Of a stretch of DNA of 64,000 nucleotides, positions 1 to 11,793 are shown one piece after another. The notes below the pieces were generated by a model that was given only the letters and a program-made list of their open reading frames with translations, was not told where the DNA came from and ran no database searches. Source of the DNA: Macrostomum hystrix. Taxonomy: Eukaryota; Animalia; Platyhelminthes. A program made the position numbers and the translations under genes. The first letter of the stretch is position 1. Each line of letters begins with the position of its first letter. Location of the stretch: the NCBI GenBank assembly GCA_950097015.1, contig CATNEN010000038.1, positions 10,912,001 to 10,976,000 of the forward strand, in the 5' to 3' direction.

Positions 1-405
1 GAATACACCCTGAAGCTTAATGACTGACAATCTGAAAATCCTGAAGTTCGATGTACAGAATACACCCTGAAGCTTAATGACTGACAATCTGAAAATCCTG
101 AAGTTCGATGTACAGAATACACCCTGAAGCTAAATGACTGACAATCTGAAAGTCCTGAAGTTCGATGTACAGAATACACCCTGAAGCTTAATGACTGACA
201 ATCTGAAAATCCTGAAGTTCGATGTACAGAATACACCCTGAAGCTAAATGACTGACAATCTGAAAGTCCTGAAGTTCGATGTACAGAATACACCCTGAAG
301 CTTAATGACTGACAATCTGAAAATCCTGAAGTTCGATGTACAGAATACACCCTGAAGCTTAATGACTGACAATCTGAAAGTCCTGAAGTTTGATGTACAG
401 AATAC
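1..405. repeat. 57-bp tandem repeat (about 7 copies, starts at the window edge)
   Basis: Unit gaatacaccctgaagcttaatgactgacaatctgaaaatcctgaagttcgatgtaca recurs every 57 bp. Confidence 0.95.
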
Positions 406-1165
406 GTGCTGAGTGAATTGTTTCAAATATAAAGTTAAAAAATGTGAAGCCAAAAAGTCTAGAAAATAATCAATTCCATTTGTCAACATAAGCCCTGTCA
501 ATGTAACCGTAAAGATGACAAATGATTGGTACACATGCGTGACATGTGGGCGTTGCGAATGCGATATAGATACATAGAAGTTGTGGAATTATGAAGATAG
601 ATTGAGAACGAACAATGGAATTGCACGTAGATGATACAGATTTATTAATAATTATAATTATTTATACCAGGTACACAGTTTTATGAAGAAGAGGTCAAGC
701 TTTTGACATAAAATCTACGCAAACATACAGCAGCTGATTAATGTTTTTTTATTAGCATAAAAATAACAAAAGCTAACTGCACTACTGATATTAGCTAGTG
801 AGTAGCAAAGAGCGATTCTATTTCACAAAGATGGACAAATATTAATTATGGAGAAAATGACATTTTACGATCGTTCTCGAAATTTTGGCGGAATTAACAA
901 CAACAAGAACAAAAAAATAAAGAGAAATGAGTAATTAAACGAATCAGTACCGAATGATAAAAAACAGTAATAATAACAATGCAACAGAAGACATTTAGGT
1001 CGCCATTTGACTGATTGTTTAATAAAATAACAGTTTGTAAGTAAAAAATGAATATTTTTGCACGCCGAATCAACTACTGGTGAAATGTTCGCAATTCGAG
1101 TAGTATGTACACACAAAAGTAGTCTATTTTCCCAAAACAAAAAAACTGACAGTCAGCCAGCAAAC

Positions 1166-4100
1166 TCAAGCGAGTCGAGGCCGCTTCGGTGATCCGGCCT
1201 GTCCGAGAACTGATATTGACGAAGAATTCGAGGGAATTGCGATCCGACCGGCTGTTGACAATGTCTGCGAAACCTGCTGCTGACTGGCCGGAGGTCCGGG
1301 CTGAAGCGACACGGTGATGCGGGGTGGCTGGCCAGCGCCAGACACCGCAGTCTGATTCGTCGTCGCCGCCGCCGCCGAAGCAATCGAAGCCGAGGTCGCC
1401 GTAGCCGCTGACGATGTTGACGAAGTTGCCGACGCGCCAGTAGCTGTTTTGACGCGAATCGCTGGCGGCTCTTCGGCAGCTTCGGCAGCCGCAGCCGCGG
1501 CCGCAGCCGCCGCAGCCGACGCGCCGGTATTCGGGACTGCGCCGGCGGCTTCGAAGCCGCGAGTGTCGGGCAGCTCAGCCGGGTCCAGACGGAACTCGGC
1601 CATGACAGCCAGCGGACTCAGGGCCAGGTAGTCAGCGACCCGGTGCTCGACCAGGTAAAACAGGTATTCATCGTGTAGCAGGCGCAGCAGGTGAAAGCTG
1701 CCAAAGCTAGCGGCGGAGCGCAGGGTGAGGTCCCTGATGACCAAGGAGGCGTACAGGCTCCACTTCAGCAGGAGGTGCCGGGCAGCCCTGGCCAACAGCT
1801 CGGTGTCCTCGTGCGGCGCCAGAGCGGAGGTGACCGCGGATTCGAGCCAGTCGGCCCACTGCTCTAGCGAGCTGCCGTCGCGTAGAAGACGCTTGAAGTC
1901 CGACTGCAGCTGGTCAACTGCGGCGCTGCTGCATCCGCTGACCCAGCCGGCCTGCTCGTGTACTGTGCTCAGGTCGACACGACTCAGGTCGGTGAGCATT
2001 TGCGACACCTTGCACAAGCGATTTAAGTTCTTTTCATTACCAACATTTAGCCAAGTCAGGAATATAACTAGAGTAAGCAACGATACATCATCAATTCATT
2101 CTCTTATTCCCATAATCTACAATGATAGATTATCGATCCATTCTCCTATTCCCATAATCTACAATGATAGATGAGCAATACATTCTTATTCACATAATCT
2201 AAAAGGTCAGATTCGCATTCCCAAATCAACCGACATACCTGAGCAGTGTTGCCCAGCACAGCCCTAGCTGCCTGGGCCAGGTGATTCAGGCTGGTGTACC
2301 TCCGCAATGTCTGGGCCAGGGCGGCCAGAGCTCTCAGTCGCTGGTCAATAATTAACCGACAGAATCCGGTCATAGCCGACCTCATCCAGGGCTCAAGCTG
2401 TTTGGCAAAGTTTCTTATAGCCTGAGTGAGCGAGCTGGGTATGGGCCTGAGCACATTTGGGATGAGAACTTCAACAAGGCTCTGGTAGAAGGCGTAGTCG
2501 GACTCGCGAATGAATTCTTGAACTCCGGGCATCTCACAGAGAGCCTGCAGCTTGGATCTGGGCAGTTTGCCTTCGGTGGCGCTGGCGATGGTGTGCATTG
2601 GGATGGATGATGCTGATTGGTCAGGGTTGAAGTGGATAATAATAACAATAATAATAATAATAATAATAATAATTGCAGGAGAGCTGCGGGCCATGGCACA
2701 TCACATGGTGACACTAGACAGCCAGCGAGGAGGCAATTCTGCCCATTTCGCTGACTCCTGAGCACACACGCACACAGATACTGTACGCAGGTACACGCTC
2801 ACACAGGTGTGTACATCTGCCCTGACTTTCTCATCATCAGACAGTGTACACTCTCACAGTGCCATAGAGACTCTACGCGGGTACGCCCCAAATAAATGTG
2901 GCCTCGCCGTGGAATCGAACTCGGGGACCTTAGTTCGAGAGTCAAACGCATTAACCTCTCTGCCACTTAGATTCAGATCTATAAGTAAATTAAAAATTAA
3001 TTATTATACCTCGCCTAATTGGCTCAAATGTGTAGCACAGCAGCAGTTATTACGCGGCGCATATTACTGCAGCGTACGGCTCGTCAGTCCATGGACTGGG
3101 GGACGCAATACCCATTCTCAATTACCCCCACCTAATTCTGGTACCCATTTTAACAGCTGGGTGAACAGAAGCTAAAGAAGAGTTTTGCTAAAGAAAGCAA
3201 TTAGCTTTAGTCAAGTGGGGATTCGAACTACCGACCTTCAATTCGTGAGTGCGATGTTCTCACAAAGGCTGGATTTTTGGAACTCAAGTCTCACCTATTC
3301 TCAGATTTGCGCCAGAATTCGAACCAGATATTTTCCACCTGTTGAAACTGCAGATTAACCACGGCGTCCAGCACGGTCTCGCACTGCTCAGTGTAGAGAT
3401 CCTGAAAGGCTTCTAGATCCTCCAGCCCGATGCCGGCTGGCAAAGCGCCCGGGTCCGCTAGGATCTCGTTGAAGACCGGCAGAGCAGAGCTGGCGTCGCC
3501 CAAGAACTGGGCGTGCTGCGAGGACTCGGGATCGACGCCGGCTGTCGACGCCGACGCCGCCGCCGCGGCCGCAGCTGCTGATGCGTTGGCGGAACCGGAT
3601 GAGGCGGAGTTGGAAGCTGGAACTCCGGATAAACCCTGTTCCTGTCGCATAAGCCTAAGTTGTAAATGTTTTAACATGTTCCAGAATCACAAAACAACGA
3701 CATCGTCGAGATATTCAGCGATACTTGTCATTATCTAGAAAACATTATCTTCAACTCACTTCTCACGCTGAGCAAGGCGCAACTGACGAAATACGCTGCT
3801 CTCTTCGCTAGCCGAATGACTCAATGTTGAGTTAGGCTTAATCCGAATGCCATAGTAATGATACTTGGAGTTGCCGCTGCGGACAAGAAAATTTCAGATT
3901 AATTTACTTATAGAGTAATGCCATGGCTAGTCTCAACTCTACTCAACTAAAAACACACCTAGTCCCAACTCCAACCCACAATAAACACACCCAGTCTGAA
4001 CTCTAACCCACAATAAACAAACCCAGTCTGAACTCTAACCCAAAATAAACACACCCAGTCTGAACTCTAACCCACAATAAACACACCCAGTCTGAACTCT

Positions 4101-7100
4101 AACCCACAATAAACAAACCCAGTCTGAACTCTAACCCAAAATAAACACACCCAGTCTGAACTCTAACCCACAATAAACACACCCAGTCTGAACTCTAACC
4201 CACAATAAACACACCCAGTCTGAACTCTAACCCACAATAAACACACCCAGTCTGAACTCTAACCCACAATAAACACACCCAGTCTGAACTCTAACCCACA
4301 ATAAACACACCCAGTCTGAACTCTAACCCACAATAAACACACCCAGTCTGAACTCTAACCCACAATAAACACACCCAGTCTGAACTCTAACCCAAAATAA
4401 ACACACCCAGTCTGAACTCTAACCCACAATAAACACACCCAGTCTGAACTCTAACCCACAATAAACACACCCAGTCTGAACTCTAACCCAAAATAAACAC
4501 ACCCAGTCTGAACTCTAACCCACAATAAACACACCTAGTCTGAACTCTAACCCACAATAAACACACCTCGCCACAACTCTACCCCACAATGAACACACCC
4601 AGCATCAACTCTACCCCACAATAAACACACCCAGTCTGAACTCTAACCCACAATAAACACACCCAGTCTGAACTCTAACCCACAATAAACACACCCAGTC
4701 TGAACTCGAACCTACAATAAACACACCCAGTCTGAACTCTAACCCACAATAAACACACCCAGTCTGAACTCTAACCCACAATAAACACACCTCGCCACAA
4801 CTCTAACCCACAATAAACACACCCAGTCTGAACTCTAACCCACAATAAACACACCTCGCCACAACTCTAACCCACAATAAACACACCCAGTCTAAACTCT
4901 AACCCACAATAAATTCACCCAGTCTGAACTCTAACCAACAATAAACAAACCCAGTCTGAACTCTAACCCACAATAAATTCACCCAGTCTGAACTCTAACC
5001 CACAATAAACACACCCAGTCTGAACTCTAACCCACAATAAATTCACCCAGTCTGAACTCTAACCCACAATAAATTCACCCAGTCTGAACTCTAACCAACA
5101 ATAAACACACCCAGTCTGAACTCTAACCCACAATAAACACACCCAGTCTGAACTCTAACCCACAATAAACACACCCAGTCTGAACTCTAACCCACAATAA
5201 ACACACCCAGTCTGAACTCGCCACAACTCTACCCCACAATAAACACACCCAGTCTGAACTCTAACCCACAATAAACACACCCAGTCTGAACTCTAACCCA
5301 CAATAAACACACCCAGTCTGAACTCTAACCCACAATAAACACACCCAGTCTGAACTCTAAACCACAATAAACACACCCAGTCTGAACTCTAACCCACAAT
5401 AAACACACCCAGTCTGAACTCTAACCCACAATAAACACACCCAGTCTGAACTCTAACCCACAATAAACACACCTCGCCACAACTCTAACCCACAATAAAC
5501 ACACCCAGTCTGAGCTCTAACCCAAAATAAACACACCCAGTCTGAACTCTAACCCACAATAAACACACCCAGTCTGAGCTCTAACCCAAAATAAACACAC
5601 CCAGTCTGAACTCTAACCCACAATAAACACACCCAGTCTGAACTCTAACCCACAATAAACACACCCAGTCTGAACTCTAACCCAAAATAAACACACCCAG
5701 TCTGAACTCTAACCCACAATAAACAAACCCAGTCTGAACTCTAACCCACAATAAATTCACCCAGTCTGAACTCTAACCCACAATAAACACAACCAGTCTG
5801 AACTCTACCCCACAATAAACACACCCAGTCTGAACTCTAACCCACAATAAACACACCCAGTCTGAACTCTAACCCACAATAAACACACCCAGTCTGAACT
5901 CTAACCCACAATAAACACACCCAGTCTGAACTCTAAACCACAATAAACACACCCAGTCTGAACTCTAACCCACAATAAACACACCCAGTCTGAACTCTAA
6001 CCCACAATAAACACACCTCGCCACAACTCTAACCCACAATAAACACACCCAGTCTGAGCTCTAACCCAAAATAAACACACCCAGTCTGAACTCTAACCCA
6101 CAATAAACACACCCAGTCTGAGCTCTAACCCAAAATAAACACACCCAGTCTGAACTCTAACCCACAATAAACACACCCAGTCTGAACTCTAACCCACAAT
6201 AAACACACCCAGTCTGAACTCTAACCCAAAATAAACACACCCAGTCTGAACTCTAACCCACAATAAACACACCCAGTCTGAACTCTAACCCACAATAAAC
6301 ACACCCAGTCTGAACTCTAACCCACAATAAACAAACCCAGTCTGAACTCTAACCCAAAATAAACACACCCAGTCTGAACTCTAACCCACAATAAACACAC
6401 CTCGCCACAACTCTACCTCACAATGAACACACCCAGCATCAACTCTACCCCACAATAAACACACCCCGCCACAACTCTACCCCACAATAAACACACCCCG
6501 CCACAACTCTACCCCACAATGAACACACCCAACACACTCACCGGGTGCCCAGGCGTCTAGTTCTCAGTCCGTAGAAAACTGAACGAATCAGTTTGCCAAA
6601 GCTGGCGGGATTCATTGGGTCGGACTTGTGCTCCTGGCAATGCCGCAGGTAGTGATTGTACAGTGTACACCTGGGTAGGGAGACACCCTCGGCAGCTTCA
6701 TAATTGTCTAGCAGCCATTGAACCTGTCCGATCATAGGTAACACAGAAAATAATCTATGTAGCTTCTTTATTGTTTTGCTCAATATAAAAACAGAACTGC
6801 GTAAATGACTACTTACAGTAACCGGGCTAGCCCGAGTAGTGTGACTAAACGAAGCGACTTCTTCTGGGGTTGGCATCGAGTAGGCGCCGCCGCCGGAGCC
6901 GCCAACCAGGTGATGAGCGGTCACCAGGTGCTGGCCGGCTGGTAGAACCCCGGCAACAAGGTGAGGCGAAGCGGACTCGCGAAGCTGATGAATTTTAGGG
7001 ATAGATTATATGTTAGTATAAATCATGAAATTAATAAATCTTATCTATTAAATGCATGTGAGCTTACCTGGCCGGAACTAGTCTGATAATAAGTCCCAGT

Positions 7101-9253
7101 TGAGCTACCTGTTTGAGTAGAGTAGATCGGAGTGTAATCTTGATAGTGCCTGTGAAGGAGGTGAAAGGTAAGATAAGGGGATTTCATAAATATAGAAATT
7201 AATCCGATTAGCGACTTCAAAATAGCGTATGTGAGGAATAAAGACTCAATCAGAGCACTGCGAAGTTTAACGAATCAACCTAGGCATCTGTGGGGATTGA
7301 ATGATTAACGACACAGTCTGAGCATCTGGGAGGATTACCGACTCAGCCCAAGCATCTGGGAGGATTAACGACTCAGCCTGAGCATCTGGGAGGATTACCG
7401 ACTCAGCCCAAGCATCTGGGAGGATTAACGACTCAGCCTAAGCATCTGGGAGGATCACCGACTCAGCCCAAGCATCTGGGAGGATTACCGACTCAGCCCA
7501 AGCATCTGGGAGGATTAACGACTCAGCCCAAGCATCTGGGAGGATTACCGACTCAGCCCAAGCATCTGGGAGGATTAACGACTCAGCCCAAGCATCTGGG
7601 AGGATTACCGACTCAGCCCAAGCATCTGGGAGGATTAACGACTCAGCCTGAGCATCTGGGAGGATTACCGACTCAGCCCAAGCATCTGGGAGGATTACCG
7701 ACTCAGCCCAAGCATCTGGGAGGATTACCGACTCAGCCCAAGCATCTGGGAGGATTAACGACTCAGCCTGAGCATCTGGGAGGATTACCGACTCAGCCCA
7801 AGCATCTGGGAGGATTACCGACTCAGCCCAAGCATCTGGGAGGATTACCGACTCAGCCCAAGCATCTGGGAGGATTACCGACTCAGCCCAAGCATCTGGG
7901 AGGATTAACGACTCAGCCTGAGCATCTGGGAGGATTACCGACTCAGCCCAAGCATCTGGGAGGATTACCGACTCAGCCCAAGCATCTGGGAGGATTACCG
8001 ACTCAGCCCAAGCATCTGGGAGGATTAACGACTCAACCAAGCATCTGTCAGAATCGGAGGATTAACGACCCAACTCGAGTATTTTTTTATTATTGGAGGA
8101 TTAAGGACTCAGTTTGAGCATCTTGGGAGGATTAACAGCTCAGTTTGAGCATCTTGGGAGGATTAACGGCTCAGTTTGAGCATCTTGGGAGGATTAAGGA
8201 CTCAGTTTTGGCATCTTGGGAGGATTAACGACTCAGTTTGAGCATCTTGGGAGGATTAACGGCTCAGTTCGAGCATCTTGGGAGGATTAACGGCTCAGTT
8301 TGAGCATCTTGGGAGGATTAAGGACTCAGTTTTGGCATCTTGGGAGGATTAACGGCTCAGTTCGAGCATCTTGGGAGGATTAACGGCTCAGTTTGAGCAT
8401 CTTGGGAGGATTAAGGACTCAGTTTGAGCATCTTGGGAGGATTAAGGACTCAGTTTTGGCATCTTGGGAGGATTAACGACTCAGTTTGAGCATCAACCGA
8501 GCATCTGAAAAGATTAAAACTTATTTCAAATTAAAAAAAAAAATTTTGACTTTACAATAAGCTTCTTTAAGCACAATCTGTTCAATAAAAAATAACTTAC
8601 CCAGCTCTGTTAGGAGATGCGGAGACCACAGCCTTCGTCACAGATTTGCCATTGCTTATTTCGATGTACTCACTGGAAATTAAAATAAAGTCAAAGTCAA
8701 AGTCAAAAACAAATTATTTATAGTTTTGTATTCAAAGAAACACATTTATTTAACTTACATCTGCGTTCCCATCATCTGTTGCTGATCAGCTGTAACATAT
8801 TGCACTGTTTGATAAACATTCTGCACTGTTGCGTTGTGCTGCTGCTGCTGTTGCTGTTGATTGCCTGATGGTAGAGCTATGCTATCAATGACAGTATGAT
8901 GCTGCTGCTGCTGCTGTTGCTGATTTGCAGATACTAGTTGATCATTGGTAACTAATGAAAAAAATTCAAGGAGAAGTCAATTCAATTAAATTTCGAACAG
9001 CTTACTGAACATTTATCGACTGTATGAGCGTGTTTGTCTACTTTAAGTAGGCATATCAATAGGAAAACCTTTTTTGTAAGAAATTAAAAATCTGAGAAAT
9101 CAGGAAGGACATACCTATCTTGCTGACAGCACCACCACCAGTAGCAGCTATAATAAACTGCTGCCCAGACTGGCTAGTGACAATGTGTGGCTTTGGGCTG
9201 ACATGAATAATGGTGGCAGTGGGACCACCACCTACACTTGATGCCGAGTGCAT
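1166..9253 (-). CDS. rfx: RFX winged-helix transcription factor (RFX1/2/3, DAF-19-like), 10 coding exons, about 832 aa
   Basis: Exons on the minus strand: 9253-9115, 8951-8759, 8672-8601, 7149-7068, 6984-6817, 6723-6542, 3876-3760, 3654-3295, 2581-2239, 2008-1166. All introns are GT-AG with matching phases; total 2499 nt. DNA-binding domain VQWLLDNYEAAEGVSLPR...NPASFGKLIRSVFYGLRTRRLGTR/GNSKYHYYGIRIKP. B/C/dimerisation regions QAIRNFAK, LRRYTSLNHLAQAARAVL and LLKWSLYASLVIRDLTLRSAASFGSFHLLRLL. An in-frame stop lies upstream of the ATG at 9253. Confidence 0.93.
2636..2968 (-). mobile_element. tRNA-derived SINE family 1 copy, internally deleted, with (TAT)n tail, in an RFX intron
   Basis: Reverse complement of 45350-45690 and 57150-57508. 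A-box-like TGGCAGAGAGG, B-box GAGTTCGATTCC, tail at 2636-2672. Confidence 0.8.
2995..3265 (-). mobile_element. tRNA-derived SINE family 2 copy
   Basis: Minus-strand B-box GTAGTTCGAATCCC; body TTCACCCAGCTGTTAAAATGGGTACC is shared with 46408-46560. Confidence 0.7.
3945..6535. repeat. 32-bp minisatellite filling the RFX intron that splits the DNA-binding domain
   Basis: Unit aactctaacccacaataaacacacccagtctg, about 80 copies. Confidence 0.97.
7280..8495. repeat. 30-bp minisatellite (7320-8040) followed by a related 31-bp variant array (8095-8495)
   Basis: Units agcatctgggaggattaccgactcagccca and agcatcttgggaggattaacggctcagtttg. The 200-aa ORF here is a repeat artefact. Confidence 0.95.
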
Positions 9254-10420
9254 TTAGCAGAGCTAGAGAATAATTTTTCAGCTCTGGATTGGCTCTGAAC
9301 TGCAGTGCCTAATAAAGAGGTGAATTATTGGGTTTCTGATTTTACTAATCACAAAAAGAAAATGAAACTTAGAGTCGATACAAATTTTATAGATAAGCCA
9401 GGCTTCTAATTTTATGAATCCATTTATTAATAATAATACTATTAATACTATCTTTATTCAGTATATTAATAAGCTACTAAATGATTACTAATATTCATTT
9501 TGTAAAATGAAAAATATTGTTAAGAAAAACTATTCAAACTTCATTTTGTTACAGCTAAAGCTAGCTAAAGAGTAATCTAAAAAATGGCATAGCAAGAAAT
9601 ACAGTTAAGGCCTATTTTTTTATAGTTATAGTTCCTAAAAATCAGCAATAACTTCTATAGAAGTGTAGCAACATCAAAATAATATACATATGTGCTTCAA
9701 GTACTTGCAAGCTAACTAACAATAACTTACTGTTAGTAATAAGTGTATATATTATGGAAATAATTAGCATGGAATATCTAAAAGGTATTTAACAAGCTGT
9801 TAAAGTATTTATTAAAATAAAAAATAATATCTCTATTTTAGCAGAAAAGTAGCATATGTTTTCTACATATCCATTATAAAAATCAATAAAAAGCTAAAAC
9901 TTTATAGGGAAAACATCAGAGAAATCAATTTATGAATGCTATCTTAGCATATATATATTCAAACCTATTGGCTATTGTGATTGTGTCAAAATTGTCAAAA
10001 ATATATATCCAACAGAATCAACAATATAAGGCTAGTAGTTTATTTGAAAGTTGTAACAAGTTTTTTAATCCTGACATTTCTTTGCTAAATTCTAAATTCT
10101 AAAATACTAAAAGTGTAAGGACTACCTATGCAGTATATTCTTATTAGCTAAATATTTTAGAAAGATAAAGTCATTAAGTAGATGTGAGGCTTTAGCTAAG
10201 CAAATGCTTAAAATGGTCAATTAAGAATAAATCCCATGAAACTGAAAAATTTTTATTTGCAATCAAACTTTTTACCTATAATTAAAAGTTAAATAAGCCA
10301 ATAGTTTACACTTCACACCATTCTTTCATATTTATTTAGATAGTAGCATTGCAACTCAGTGTAATTACTGTTGAGTATTAGCAAAGTAGGTAGCTACACA
10401 ATGAGTCCAAGACTTTCATC

Positions 10421-10887
10421 GGTCCCAGGTCATTTCGGTGACAAGACATTTCGGTGACAGTCATTTCGGTGACAGAATTGGTCAGTTCGGTGACAACTAT
10501 TTTTGCACCTAAGTATGCTGAGAAAACTGCCTTCCACGATCTAGCAGCTGCTTAAAGCCTGCACTCACCTTGTCAATCCAAAACTTGAAAAATGATAATT
10601 ATACACATTTAATTAGGAACAAATAACTATTGAAACTATTGACTACTCATTAAATAATTTAATAATTTAACTCATTTAAAGTAAAACCCAGACTTAATCA
10701 GAGTGATGCAGCTTCTTATTAATACTTTTAGCATTATTTAATTAATATTTTATATGTGTGCATCTAGTTAAAATGGAAGGCTGTTTTTTGCATATTTAGG
10801 TGCAAAAATAGTTGTCACCAATCTGACCAATTGTGTCACCGAAATGACTGTCACCGAAATGTCTTGTCACCGAAATGACCTGGGACC
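10421..10887. mobile_element. MITE / non-autonomous DNA transposon with about 92-bp TIRs and an 8-bp TSD
   Basis: TIR GGTCCCAGGTCATTTCGGTGACA... at 10421-10512 is inverted at 10796-10887. Exact direct repeat CTTTCATC at 10413-10420 and 10888-10895. Confidence 0.92.
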
Positions 10888-11474
10888 CTTTCATCTATGA
10901 CAATGAGTGTTAGAACAACAACAAGTAGCCAGTAGGCCTAGCTAGTATTGTCATTAGTTGTAGACTAGACTGCAACCTGGGCCTATACCTATGCTAATTA
11001 GGACCTTAATAATGCTAGGTATATTAGTCTATATTATTACATGCCAGTAGCTACTAGTCAAATTCATCTAGCTAACTGGCTATATGACGTCGAATGTCTA
11101 TAGCTAGGACTATTTTATTGCTTCCATTTTTTTTTCACTTTCAGCCAAAAATATTTCCAACTTTTTTAATAGGCCAACTGGACCACACCCACCATCCATC
11201 CCAACTCATGCAAAATTAATTATACATTTTCTATTTTATAAGCTACTATTTAAAATGAAACATCTCAACAATTTATCGCTTCAAAATCTGCTCTAGCTCC
11301 TGCCTTCGCTTTGGTATTCGTTGGCCTATACTAGTGAGTAGTTGGCAGGCAGGCCTAGCTTAAATATACGAAACAAGACTTTGCATCTTGATAAAGCAAG
11401 AAAGTATTTTAAGAAAAATACGATCATATTTGTGCATAAAAAGCATATAGAGCAAGCAAAATAAATTTTATTAC

Positions 11475-11580
11475 CCTCAGATATCGTGCTCTGGTTGACA
11501 GGCGACAGTCGCTACAGCAAACGGTGGCTATGGAGTTCGCTATGGAGTTCGCTATGGAGCTGACTGGTTTCTCGGGCAAC
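11475..11580 (-). promoter_or_regulatory. Putative RFX promoter / non-coding first exon with X-box-like motifs
   Basis: GC-richer island with a minus-strand donor GAGG|GTAATA at 11474. X-box-like GTTTCTCGGGCAAC (11567-11580), GTTGACAGGCGAC (11494-11506) and 3x GCTATGGAG. Confidence 0.5.
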
Positions 11581-11793
11581 AATAACAGAAACTAGTGGTG
11601 TTATTCTTGTCTTTTACAAAGAATTTAATTACTGTTCCGAATTCAAAAGTAAATAGTAAGTGTGTTTCATAATTTATAATATTTATAGTTATTTTAAATC
11701 ATCAAACAAAAAATGCAGTGAAATTTAGTTTTAACGGGGGCTCTACTTTATAGCTTTTATCGCGTATTTTTAACCTGATATTTCAAACTTCTA

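Noticed and set aside
3945-6535. Telomeric repeat
   Set aside because: Only one TAACCC per 32-bp unit, not a (TTAGGG)n tract.
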